A stretch of 64,000 nt of DNA from IMG/VR virus record IMGVR_UViG_3300009159_008968, positions 71,410 to 135,409 of that record, one strand, 5' to 3'. The notes beneath the pieces were generated by a model, which searched no databases, was not told the DNA's origin, and saw nothing but the letters and a program-made list of their open reading frames with translations. Each line of letters opens with the position of its first letter. The first letter of the stretch is position 1. This DNA comes from a virus. This document shows, piece after piece, positions 9,700 through 18,668 of the stretch. The position numbers were made by a program, and so were the translations under genes.

Positions 9700-9734
9700 T
9701 TGAAATCTTTTTCTATATAAATAGAAATAGATTT

Positions 9735-11327
9735 CTAAAAAGTAAACAAAAGATCACTAGAAATTATTTCTTCAGCCTTTATTTGTATAAATTTTCCATC
9801 TCTTAACACTGGTATAATATGATTATTCGTTATTCTTACTTTTGCACCTTCTTCGGTTTCTATTTCAAAAATAATATCTTTATCCTCTATATCTCTTTGA
9901 ACTAATTCTAAAACACGTGAAACACCATTTTTTGTTTGAACTATATCGTTTTCATTTATTTCAGTAATTATTTTATAACTTCCATCAGCCATTAGCACAA
10001 AATTATCTTCAGTCAAACATTTCCTTTCAGGATTTAAAAATCTTTCAAAATATAAGTCAAAACGAACTGGATCTATCTTAGTAATATCAAGGCACCAAGA
10101 TAGTAAACAGCCTGCAGCCGATCCTCTTCCAACACCTGAGGATACCCCATTTTCTTTACAAAATCTAATTAACTCCCAGACCACCATAAAATAATCTAGT
10201 ACCTTTTTATCTTCAATAACTTTTAGCTCATATTCCAGACGATCATAATATACTTTCTCTCTTTCAGCATCTATTTTAACAACACTAGTTTTTTCGTAAT
10301 CTTTTAATTTTTGTTTTAATTTAGCTTTTGAGAGTTTTTTAATTATTTCTGCTGTATTATCGGTTTTGAAATAATTAATAACATCCGGAGTTGCTTCATA
10401 TTTTGGATATTTATCATCCGTCATATTAAACTCAAAATTGCATTTTTCAGCAACCTTTAGAGTATTATCTAAACATAAATCAACATAATGCTCAGGATAA
10501 TTAAATCCTAAACGTTTATTCATATCATGAAAACTGTCAAAATTCGTATAATATAATTCTCTTGCTTGCAATGAAAATGCTCTTCCTACTGGTTGGCTTT
10601 GATTGACCGCAATAAGAATGTCTTGTAATCTATTATCTTCCGGTAAAGCATAATGAACATCCCCAGTTAATATGGGTTGTAAATCGTGCTTTTTAATCAT
10701 TTTTAAAATAAACTTATTATAATTCTTTTGCTCTTCAATTTCATTAAATTGAAGTTCTGCATAAAAATCATCACCAAATTCCCTTTTAAATAAAAGTATT
10801 CTTTCCTCTGCTTCTTTTTCTTTACCCTCGGCTATTAATCTGGCAAATTTGGAAGCCATACAAGAAGAGGTTACAATTAATCCTTTTTTATTTTCAATTA
10901 GCCATTCTGTGGTTATTCTTCCCTTATAATAATATCCTTCAGTAAAAGACCTATAAATTAATTTATTTAAATTAACATAACCTTCCTGATTTTTAATTAT
11001 AATCGATTGATGGGTGTTTTTAGCAGAATTATCAATACTTTCAGCTTCTTCTTTTGGTATGTTTTTATCTAAATTATCATTTAAATAAGCCTCCATACCC
11101 AAAATAGGCTTAATTCCGGCAGATTTACATTTTTGGTAATGTGTTAGCCAACCTGAAGCATTTCCGTGATCTAAAATGGTTATTGCTGGGTGATTATATT
11201 CTTTTGCTAATTTTACATAACTAGCTGATTTTGAGGCTCCGTCTAAAGCTGAAAAGTCAGTATGTAAATGTAAATGAACCATTGGGCGGTGTTTACATCT
11301 TGAATTATTACAACTGCAATTTGACAT
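9735..11327 (-). CDS. dnaE: DNA polymerase III alpha, N-terminal fragment (PHP domain plus part of catalytic domain) ending in split-intein N-half
   Basis: HLHLHTDFSALDG, TILDHG, GRGSAAGCL, FERFLNPERK followed by CLTEDN. Confidence 0.95.
   Translation of the reverse strand: MSNCSCNNSRCKHRPMVHLHLHTDFSALDGASKSASYVKLAKEYNHPAITILDHGNASGWLTHYQKCKSAGIKPILGMEAYLNDNLDKNIPKEEAESIDNSAKNTHQSIIIKNQEGYVNLNKLIYRSFTEGYYYKGRITTEWLIENKKGLIVTSSCMASKFARLIAEGKEKEAEERILLFKREFGDDFYAELQFNEIEEQKNYNKFILKMIKKHDLQPILTGDVHYALPEDNRLQDILIAVNQSQPVGRAFSLQARELYYTNFDSFHDMNKRLGFNYPEHYVDLCLDNTLKVAEKCNFEFNMTDDKYPKYEATPDVINYFKTDNTAEIIKKLSKAKLKQKLKDYEKTSVVKIDAEREKVYYDRLEYELKVIEDKKVLDYFMVVWELIRFCKENGVSSGVGRGSAAGCLLSWCLDITKIDPVRFDLYFERFLNPERKCLTEDNFVLMADGSYKIITEINENDIVQTKNGVSRVLELVQRDIEDKDIIFEIETEEGAKVRITNNHIIPVLRDGKFIQIKAEEIISSDLLFTF
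9738..10019 (-). mobile_element. Split intein N-half (IntN, 94 aa)
   Basis: CLTEDNFVLMADG (block A), ITNNH (block B), ends SSDLLFTF at a TAG stop. Confidence 0.9.
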
Positions 11328-11353
11328 AAATGTTTTAATTATAAATAGACTTT

Positions 11354-11361
11354 CAAAGATA
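11354..11361 (-). promoter_or_regulatory. Bacteroidota sigma-A-type -7 element (TATCTTTG) upstream of dnaE-N
   Basis: Matches TAnnTTTG; other matches at 22584..22591(-), 33297..33304(-), 33458..33465(-), 33486..33493(-), 33843..33850(-) and 39413..39420(+), each just upstream of a gene or tRNA. Confidence 0.5.
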
Positions 11362-11419
11362 ACATAAAATTATAATTTTTTCTAATTTTTTTAAAAATAT
11401 GGTTATTTATAATAAAAAA

Positions 11420-13111
11420 ATGCCAGTTCCACCAAATAAAATAAAATACACAACTACCAAAGTTGATAATACAATAAAAGCAAAAAATTTTGCACTTGGT
11501 ATTAATGCTGGTATTGATTATGGGCCAACTTCTACAACTGGATTTTGGAATGGAATTACACCAACAGTAAGTGGTTATACAATTTACATCAATAAAGCAA
11601 TTCAAGGACCTTCTATTTTTTATCCAGCTAATGATTCTTCATTAATTAATTTTACAAATTACATAAGTGGTAATACTTTTACAACATTAACACAAGCAAC
11701 AGCTTGGTATGCTGGTCAAACAGAAATAGTTTGTGTAAATTCTGATTATCCAGATGTCGTGACCAATGGATTGAGTTTAATGGTTGATTCAGGTTTTTTA
11801 CCATCTTACTGTGGAAGTGGTATAACATGGACAGATTTAAGTTATAGTGGATTTAATGCCACTTTAATTAATTCTCCTTCATATGTTTTATCTGGCAAAA
11901 GTTCATATTTAAATTTCGCTTCATCAAGTAGTAATTATGCAACATTTAGTGATTTAGGTAATCTTAGTAATTTTAGTTGTGAAGTTTGGACTAAACAAAA
12001 TAGTTTGCCAGCAACAAACTCTTTTCCAGCTTTTATAACAAATCCCGGACCTTTAGGAAGCTATATAAATTATGCAATAGGATATACGTTTGCTCCATGG
12101 GATGGTAAAATATATGGAGGCTTTTTTAATGGTACTTGGCAATTACCATCATTAGGATTTACACCAACAACAGATCAATGGTATCATTACGCTGTTACTT
12201 ATGATGGATCAAAAATAGTTTTTTATGTTGATGGTAAATATTATTCTTCAGGATCAACTTCTACAGCCGCTTTAAGTTCAGGTGCTGGAGGTAATTTAAT
12301 GAAAAGATGGGATGATACAAATTATATTGATGGATTTCTATTAAATGCTAAAGTTTATAATCGTGCATTAAGTTCTAATGAAATATTGCAAAATTATAAT
12401 GCTCATGCAATTCCAATTGGAGTTAGTAATATTGGATTAATTCTTAATCTTGATGCGGGTAGCGTTTTATCATATCCTTATACAGGTACGTTATGGAAAA
12501 GTACTATTTCATCAATTCAAAATAATGGAACATTAACAAATGGTCCAACATTTAATTTATCTAATGGTGGAAGTTTAGTTTTTGATGGGACAAATGATTA
12601 TGTTTCTTTACCTTCTAATTTTTTTAATCCAGATGCAGGAACACCTTTTAGTGTATCTATTTGGTTTAAAACAACTACAGCAGGAGGAACTTTATTCGGT
12701 CAACAAAACACATCAAATCCTTCTTCTGCATCTGGTTATGTTCCTGCTATTTATATTAATAGTAGTGGACAAATTGTTACATCATGTTTTTGGGGAGGCT
12801 CTGTAAGTAATGTAACCACATCAACTGCTGTTGTTAACGATGGTAATTGGCACAATATAGTTGTAACCTTTGCATTAACATCTCATAAAACATATTTAGA
12901 TAATTCTTTAATAGGAACAATCACTAAAACACAAAATAATTATGCAGCAACTTATTATTATTTCTTAGGAGCAGGCTTTAGTGCAGCTTGGACAGGTGTT
13001 AATGGTTATTATTTCAATGGAAATATAGCTTATGCTTCTTTTTATAATGTTGAACTAACTTCAACAATAATAAGTAAAAATTATCAATCATTACTAAGTA
13101 GATTTACATAA
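11420..13111 (+). CDS. Virion protein with two LamG/concanavalin-A-like domains
   Basis: Two repeats of DAGS..SYP..G..W.DLS...NGTL.N.P..FDG.ND, plus WYHYAVTYDG and WHNIVVT; probable start is the ATG at 11420 after TATTTAT. Confidence 0.8.
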   Translation: MPVPPNKIKYTTTKVDNTIKAKNFALGINAGIDYGPTSTTGFWNGITPTVSGYTIYINKAIQGPSIFYPANDSSLINFTNYISGNTFTTLTQATAWYAGQTEIVCVNSDYPDVVTNGLSLMVDSGFLPSYCGSGITWTDLSYSGFNATLINSPSYVLSGKSSYLNFASSSSNYATFSDLGNLSNFSCEVWTKQNSLPATNSFPAFITNPGPLGSYINYAIGYTFAPWDGKIYGGFFNGTWQLPSLGFTPTTDQWYHYAVTYDGSKIVFYVDGKYYSSGSTSTAALSSGAGGNLMKRWDDTNYIDGFLLNAKVYNRALSSNEILQNYNAHAIPIGVSNIGLILNLDAGSVLSYPYTGTLWKSTISSIQNNGTLTNGPTFNLSNGGSLVFDGTNDYVSLPSNFFNPDAGTPFSVSIWFKTTTAGGTLFGQQNTSNPSSASGYVPAIYINSSGQIVTSCFWGGSVSNVTTSTAVVNDGNWHNIVVTFALTSHKTYLDNSLIGTITKTQNNYAATYYYFLGAGFSAAWTGVNGYYFNGNIAYASFYNVELTSTIISKNYQSLLSRFT

Positions 13112-13371
13112 TGGAAAATAACAATAGAAATTATTTAATTTTTAATGTATCAGAATTAAATAAAATAGATTTTGAAAAAATACATGAAACTTCATTAGAA
13201 ACATTAAGATATAGTGCAGATAATTCAAAAACTTTTATTAAATGGGATAATGATCTTGAACCTGATTTTATTTCTAATTTATTAACTAAAGAAGGACCTT
13301 ACAATCAAGAAGAAATTTTACAAATTCTTTCTACTGATTTTTGGATTGACTCTAAAAACATAATGAGTTAA
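13111..13371 (+). CDS. Small protein translationally coupled to the LamG gene
   Basis: 86-aa ORF overlapping the previous stop (TAATG). Confidence 0.65.
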   Translation: MENNNRNYLIFNVSELNKIDFEKIHETSLETLRYSADNSKTFIKWDNDLEPDFISNLLTKEGPYNQEEILQILSTDFWIDSKNIMS

Positions 13372-13422
13372 AATTTATTTTTTTTTCTTTTATTTTTATA
13401 TTTATTTTAAATCATAATAGTA

Positions 13423-14286
13423 ATGTCAGATATTTCAAATCAATTAATAAAAGATTCTTATAATAACGTAGTTCAGGTTGATCCTGTTACAAGAGAATTT
13501 TTAAGAATTGGTGGTAGTCCAGTAGAAAATCCTCACTTTTTATCTGGTGTTACAATATCTAATGGAATTCAAATTACTAATAATGCTCAAAATGGATATG
13601 TTTTACAGTCTGATGGATTAGGTAATGGTAATTGGGTTGTTCCTCCCGGTGGAGTTGGGTCTTCTGGTTCTGCAGGTAGTGCAGGAATAAATGGGAGTTC
13701 AGGATCATCTGGAGCAAATGGAAGTTCTGGTTCAGCAGGTAGTAATGGCACATCAGGATCAGCAGGATCATCAGGATCGTCTGGTTCTTCTGGTATTGAT
13801 GGTAGTTCTGGTATTAATGGTAGTTCTGGTATTAATGGTAGTTCTGGCACTAACGGTACATCAGGAGTTGATGGCGCAAGTGGTACTTCGGGCACATCTG
13901 GTAGTGCTGGTGTTAATGGTACTTCTGGTAGTGCTGGAAGTTCTGGTGCTAATGGTACATCTGGTTCATCTGGTGCTAATGGAACAGGATTGGTTAGGGG
14001 AGATACAGGCTATATTGCGTATTTTGACACTACGAGTTCAGTAGCTAGTTCAATTATATTTCAAGAATCAACAACTGGTATTGGAATAGGTACAGCAGAT
14101 CCTAATAATTCAGCTATTTTACATTTACAAACTACAAATAGAGGATTTTTGCCTCCTGTTATGACTGCATCACAAAGAGATTTAATAAATACACCAGCTA
14201 GGGGTCTTATGGTTTATGTAACAGATATTGAACCGGGCGTTTGGGTTTATGATGGAGGAAGTTGGAGAAGATTATTATTTGCTTAA
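13423..14286 (+). CDS. Fibre-like protein with Pro-free Gly-X-Y (GSS/GSA/GTS/GxN) repeat
   Basis: About 36 consecutive triplets; C-terminal GIGIGT..P..SAILHL....GFLPPVMT...R..I..PA.GLMVY module typical of fibre proteins. Confidence 0.75.
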   Translation: MSDISNQLIKDSYNNVVQVDPVTREFLRIGGSPVENPHFLSGVTISNGIQITNNAQNGYVLQSDGLGNGNWVVPPGGVGSSGSAGSAGINGSSGSSGANGSSGSAGSNGTSGSAGSSGSSGSSGIDGSSGINGSSGINGSSGTNGTSGVDGASGTSGTSGSAGVNGTSGSAGSSGANGTSGSSGANGTGLVRGDTGYIAYFDTTSSVASSIIFQESTTGIGIGTADPNNSAILHLQTTNRGFLPPVMTASQRDLINTPARGLMVYVTDIEPGVWVYDGGSWRRLLFA

Positions 14287-14703
14287 CAAAGAATTTTCTT
14301 TTAAAATTTTAGATAATTCTTCTTTTGAATAAAAAAATTCTTCTTCTTTTTGTTCTTGAACAATTACTTTAATTTCTGTCTTTGGTTCTTCTTGTTCATT
14401 AACTGAAACTTTTACATTTTTTGCATTTTTAACAAAAAATTCAGATGACCAAGGTTCAAAAAAAACATCATCTGCAATGACTTCTAATTTAATTTTTCCT
14501 TGAGTGTTTTCTGACAAAAAGCTTTTTGTTTTAGGAATTATAATTTCACATTTCCCTCTAGAATCAATCGTTCCATTAAAAATATAGTTAAATTCTTCGG
14601 ATTCTATAATAACCCTAGCTTTAGATTTATTTAAAGAAGCTCCTTTTAATTCTACATTACAAGAAAATTTATTTGTTTTATCAGAATATAATTTATATTT
14701 CAT
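14275..14703 (-). CDS. Hypothetical protein
   Basis: 142-aa beta-rich ORF coupled to 14693..15097. Confidence 0.6.
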   Translation of the reverse strand: MKYKLYSDKTNKFSCNVELKGASLNKSKARVIIESEEFNYIFNGTIDSRGKCEIIIPKTKSFLSENTQGKIKLEVIADDVFFEPWSSEFFVKNAKNVKVSVNEQEEPKTEIKVIVQEQKEEEFFYSKEELSKILKENSLLSK

Positions 14704-15097
14704 CGAAGTTAATTTTTATTGAAATTGTGTTGGATTTTGTTTTTTTTATTTCAATGTCTTTGATATCAATAATTATGTCAGAATTCTTTTTTTTCGTTAT
14801 TTCTTCTAAAATTTTTGATTCTTTATTTTCCATTGAAATTATCAGATTAATAAAAGCTTTTTTTTCTACTTCAGTCAGATCTTCAATCTTTTGAATTTCT
14901 TCTTCTGATTGATCATTTTCTTCTTCTTCTTTAATTTTTTCTAATTCATGACGTTTACGCCATGTCTTATTTTTAGCTAAAGCACTGCCGGTTCTAGAAG
15001 TAAGGACTGTTTGGATAATACAAAAGTCGGCCCAAGATAATCTAGCGTTTTGCCAAGAAAACGGAGAATTATTCCAAGTATAACAAACTGAAGCCAT
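14693..15097 (-). CDS. Hypothetical protein with Trp-spaced N-terminus
   Basis: 134-aa ORF starting YTWNNSPFSWQNARLSW. Confidence 0.6.
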   Translation of the reverse strand: MASVCYTWNNSPFSWQNARLSWADFCIIQTVLTSRTGSALAKNKTWRKRHELEKIKEEEENDQSEEEIQKIEDLTEVEKKAFINLIISMENKESKILEEITKKKNSDIIIDIKDIEIKKTKSNTISIKINFDEI

Positions 15098-15170
15098 ATA
15101 TAATTAAATAGTTTCAAATACTACAATCAATTAAATTTTTTTTTAATATTTATTACAAAAGCTTAAAAAA

Positions 15171-15629
15171 ATGAAAATAACAAAATCAGATTTACAAGAA
15201 ATCATAAAAGAAGAAGCAATTAGACTTTTTCAAATTCAAAAACTAGAAGAAGCACAAATGAAAGTTCAAGAAGAATTAAAACTTATTTCTGAAGGCAAAA
15301 AACAAATGTCTGATGAAGAAATGAACGAACTTTTAGCTGGTCTTAAAAGTGTTTTTGGTGCAGGAGCTCAAAAAGCAGGTCAAGTTGCAGCTAGTGCTGC
15401 ACAAAAAGTAGGACAAGCAGTTGCTGGTGCTGGAGATAAAGCGAAAGAAGTTGCCGGTAAAGTAGCTACAAAATATAAAGAAGGTGAGGCAGCTGCTAAA
15501 AAAGTAAAAATAGAGAAAAGAAGAGATGAAATTGTTGCAAAAATAAAAGAGTTAGCTAATGAATATAAAACGATCACAGGAAAGAGATATTCAATGGTTG
15601 GTCAAAAAATTGATGCTGTTAAAGCATAA
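15171..15629 (+). CDS. Putative head-associated protein
   Basis: N-terminal KITKSDLQEIIKEE helix and Ala/Lys-rich coil; TATTTAT at 15147..15153. Confidence 0.6.
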   Translation: MKITKSDLQEIIKEEAIRLFQIQKLEEAQMKVQEELKLISEGKKQMSDEEMNELLAGLKSVFGAGAQKAGQVAASAAQKVGQAVAGAGDKAKEVAGKVATKYKEGEAAAKKVKIEKRRDEIVAKIKELANEYKTITGKRYSMVGQKIDAVKA

Positions 15630-15651
15630 TATTTAATATAATAATTATTGT

Positions 15652-15682
15652 AAAAGGAGGTTAGAAATAATCTCCTTTTTTA
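15652..15682 (+). terminator. Intrinsic terminator
   Basis: AAAAGGAGGTT-loop-AATCTCCTTTT plus T run. Confidence 0.65.
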
Positions 15683-15766
15683 TTTTATAATTTATTTTGC
15701 TTTTAATTTAAAATTTTTTTAATTTTAATTTGTACAACAAAGTATAAACAAATTTATGTCTAACTC

Positions 15767-16327
15767 ATGCAAAATATTGAATATGAAGAATTAAATCAAA
15801 AACAAACACGTCCCGGAAAAAAAATTAAAATTAATAACAGATTAATTGATAATAAAAAAATATCTGTTGACATTGGAACGGTTGATAATAAAAATTGCCC
15901 TAAAACTGTTTATTTAAATATAAGTTTTTGGGTTGATATTAAAAATCGTGAAGAACAAGAAAATGATAACAATTTTGATAAAAACATATCAAAAGAATTT
16001 TCAAAATATCTAAAACATATTTATAAGAAAGATTTATATGATTTTTTAATAGACAATAAATTTTTCCCTTTTTATTACGAAAATATTTATTCTTTTGATT
16101 TTCCTGAAAACTTAAATTATAATAATAAAAAGAGCTTTGTAAGTATTGAGATTCATTTTCACACAATGAATAACAATATTAATTCAAAAAATATTTCTGA
16201 TTATTATACTCTTAAAAATGATTTAAAAAATGATTTTTTCTATGAATTAATTACTATAGCTAATATAATAGGAAATAGTGATTTATTAAGAGAAAATGAA
16301 AATTTTTGTATCTCAAAAAAGAAATAA
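15767..16327 (+). CDS. Hypothetical protein
   Basis: 186-aa ORF upstream of the protease gene. Confidence 0.6.
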   Translation: MQNIEYEELNQKQTRPGKKIKINNRLIDNKKISVDIGTVDNKNCPKTVYLNISFWVDIKNREEQENDNNFDKNISKEFSKYLKHIYKKDLYDFLIDNKFFPFYYENIYSFDFPENLNYNNKKSFVSIEIHFHTMNNNINSKNISDYYTLKNDLKNDFFYELITIANIIGNSDLLRENENFCISKKK

Positions 16328-16378
16328 TTATTTATTTGATTTTTTTTAATCTATTTATTGGTAATTAACAAATTATCA

Positions 16379-17032
16379 ATGAATAATCTCGATAATAAAT
16401 ATATTATTTCTGAATTTCTAGCTATAGATCCCGATGTTCAGAATATAAAAGAGGCGATTGAAAAAAATCAGCCAATTATTGTTCCTTGTATTTTACAGAA
16501 AGCGAACACTTTAAATAGAAATGGAAGACTTTATCCTTTTGATATTTTAAAAAGAGAAGTTGATAAATATCAAGAATTGGTAAAAGAAAGAAGTGCTATG
16601 GGCGAATTAGATCATCCAGATTCTGCTGTTATTTCCCTTGCTAATGTTTCACATATAATTACAGAAATGTCGTGGAAAGGTGAAACCTTATATGGAAAAA
16701 TTCAAATTGCAGATACTCCTGCAGGTGATACCGTTAAAGGCCTTTTAAAAACTGGAATAAAATTAGGAATATCTTCTCGTGGTGTTGGATCAGTAAAGAA
16801 AAATAGAGAAGGACAAGATGTTGTTCAAGAAGATTTTGAATTAATTGGATTTGATATTGTTTCATCTCCTTCTACGCCGGGAGCATATTTATTCAAAGAA
16901 TCAAAACAATGGGGAATGAAAAAATTAATGGATTCTGATCACAAATTATTAAAGACAGATGACGTTAAAATTAAAATAAAAAATTTAAAAAATAATCTAA
17001 ATAATTTATCCAAAGATGGGTTTTGGAATTAA
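16379..17032 (+). CDS. gp21: Prohead protease, T4 gp21-like
   Basis: NRNGRLYP, GELDHP, GISSRGVGS and FDIVSSPSTPGA motifs; probable start is the ATG at 16379. Confidence 0.92.
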   Translation: MNNLDNKYIISEFLAIDPDVQNIKEAIEKNQPIIVPCILQKANTLNRNGRLYPFDILKREVDKYQELVKERSAMGELDHPDSAVISLANVSHIITEMSWKGETLYGKIQIADTPAGDTVKGLLKTGIKLGISSRGVGSVKKNREGQDVVQEDFELIGFDIVSSPSTPGAYLFKESKQWGMKKLMDSDHKLLKTDDVKIKIKNLKNNLNNLSKDGFWN

Positions 17033-17115
17033 GTAAATAAAAAAAATAATAATTTTTATAATTTATAATTTTTTTTTCTATTTATAACAAAATATCTATT
17101 ATTTAAAATAATAAT

Positions 17116-18651
17116 ATGTTGAATAAAAATATAATTAAAGACGCATTAGCTGATGCTAAAGAAATTGAAAAGTTTGCAATTGAGCAAGCTAGAAAATCTT
17201 TAGAAGAAGCTTTAATGCCTCAAATAGAAAAAGCGATTCAAGATAGTCTTCAAGAAAATACAACAGTAGAATCAGTTGAAGAAAATGAAATTGAAACTAT
17301 AACAATTTCTGAATCCTTTGAATCATCAGACAATTTAATATCTGAAAATACAAACTCACAAAATATACAAGAAATGTACAACGAAAAAGAAGAAACAAAT
17401 GAAGAGCTATTCGAGGTTGAAGGTCTTTTTGAAGATGAAGAAACTGCCCAAGAACCTACTGAAGCTTCATTAGAAGCAAAGCTTGATGCTATGACTGCTA
17501 AACTTGATACATTAATAGCTGCTGCACAAGGTGGTGGCGAAGAAGAAGCTTCTGCTGAAGGAGAAGTGGAAGTAGTAGATGATGAAGCTGCTGAAGCACC
17601 TGCTGCTCCAGCTCCAGCTGAACCTGCTGCTGCTGCATCGGCTCCGGCTGCACCTGCTGCTCCAGCTCCAGCTGAACAGCCTACTGTTACTGAAGATACC
17701 ATGTTTGAAATAGAAATGGAAGAAGACATGGAAGAAGGTCTTTTTGAAATGGAAGAAGATATGGAAGAAGGCATGGAAGAAGGTGATAAAGTTTATGAAA
17801 TAAACGTTGAAGAAGATATGGAAGAAGGTGATAAAGTTTATGAAATAAACGTTGAAGAAGATATGGAAGAAGGAGAAAGTGAAGTTGATCCTAAAACTGG
17901 TTTGCCTTTACCTCCAAAAGAGTATGGTGGAATTAAAGGTGGAATGGTTGGCGAGGACATGGAAGAAGGTCTTTATGAAATTGACATGGAAGAAGACATG
18001 GAAGAAGGTTGGAAAAAAGTTGAAGAAGATATGGAAGAAGAAGGAATGTTTGAAGTTGAAATGGAAGAAGGCGATATGGAAGAGTCAAGAAGTTTAGCTT
18101 TTTCTTCAAAAAATCGTGGTCCAAGATATAATCATAACAATTTACCTAAACATGCTCCAGTAACTACTCCAGCAAAAGGGTTAAATGAATCAAAAATAAA
18201 AGCTCAATATGAGTCTAAATTAGACGAGTTAATAAAGGAAAACGCAAGTTTAAAAGGTGTGATTAAAAACTACAAATCAAATTTAAAAGAATTTGAAAAT
18301 TCATTTGTAGAATTAAAATCGCAATTAAATGAAATGCAGACTTTCAATGGAAAATTAGCTTATGCAAATAAGTTATTAACCAAAGGTGGTTTGACAAATG
18401 ATGAGAAAATTAGAATAGCTGAGGAATTTGATAAGTGTGCAACTGTTGAAGATGCAAAAAAACTTTATAACAAAATCATCAGTGAAAATAAATTCTCTTC
18501 TAAGTCTAACGCTACTGATAAATTGAAATCTGTAAAGCCTAGCACGGCTTCGGTTCAAAATCTTTCTGAAAACAAAGCTGAAAAGCTTTTTGAAAGTGAA
18601 GAAAGAAGAAGAATGAAAATGCTCGCTGGTATCGTAAAACCAATTAATTAA
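17116..18651 (+). CDS. Prohead scaffold/core protein (gp22-like position)
   Basis: Lies between protease and capsid genes; very acidic EEDMEEG repeats, coiled-coil C-terminus, N.KL.YANKL motif, ends RRRMKMLAGIVKPIN. Confidence 0.85.
   Translation: MLNKNIIKDALADAKEIEKFAIEQARKSLEEALMPQIEKAIQDSLQENTTVESVEENEIETITISESFESSDNLISENTNSQNIQEMYNEKEETNEELFEVEGLFEDEETAQEPTEASLEAKLDAMTAKLDTLIAAAQGGGEEEASAEGEVEVVDDEAAEAPAAPAPAEPAAAASAPAAPAAPAPAEQPTVTEDTMFEIEMEEDMEEGLFEMEEDMEEGMEEGDKVYEINVEEDMEEGDKVYEINVEEDMEEGESEVDPKTGLPLPPKEYGGIKGGMVGEDMEEGLYEIDMEEDMEEGWKKVEEDMEEEGMFEVEMEEGDMEESRSLAFSSKNRGPRYNHNNLPKHAPVTTPAKGLNESKIKAQYESKLDELIKENASLKGVIKNYKSNLKEFENSFVELKSQLNEMQTFNGKLAYANKLLTKGGLTNDEKIRIAEEFDKCATVEDAKKLYNKIISENKFSSKSNATDKLKSVKPSTASVQNLSENKAEKLFESEERRRMKMLAGIVKPIN
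17773..17862 (+). repeat. Exact 45-nt tandem duplication in the scaffold (MEEGDKVYEINVEED x2)
   Basis: atggaagaaggtgataaagtttatgaaataaacgttgaagaagat occurs twice, within a longer EEDMEEG array. Confidence 0.9.
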
Positions 18652-18668
18652 TTAGAAAAATATAAAAA

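Noticed and set aside
9699-9737. TAG read-through or frameshifting that would fuse IntN, nuclease and IntC into one ordinary intein
   Set aside because: The gaps are 35 and 11 nt (out of frame), both upstream ORFs end in real stop codons, and read-through of the TAG meets a TGA 13 codons later. Other genes are intact under the standard code.
13680-13985. Many N-G-S/T N-glycosylation sequons in the Gly-X-Y repeats
   Set aside because: Expected from composition alone, since X is mostly Ser/Thr after any Asn at Y; not independent evidence.
17700-18090. CRISPR-like or non-coding repeat array
   Set aside because: The repeats are in-frame EEDMEEG codons without unique spacers; no cas genes are present.
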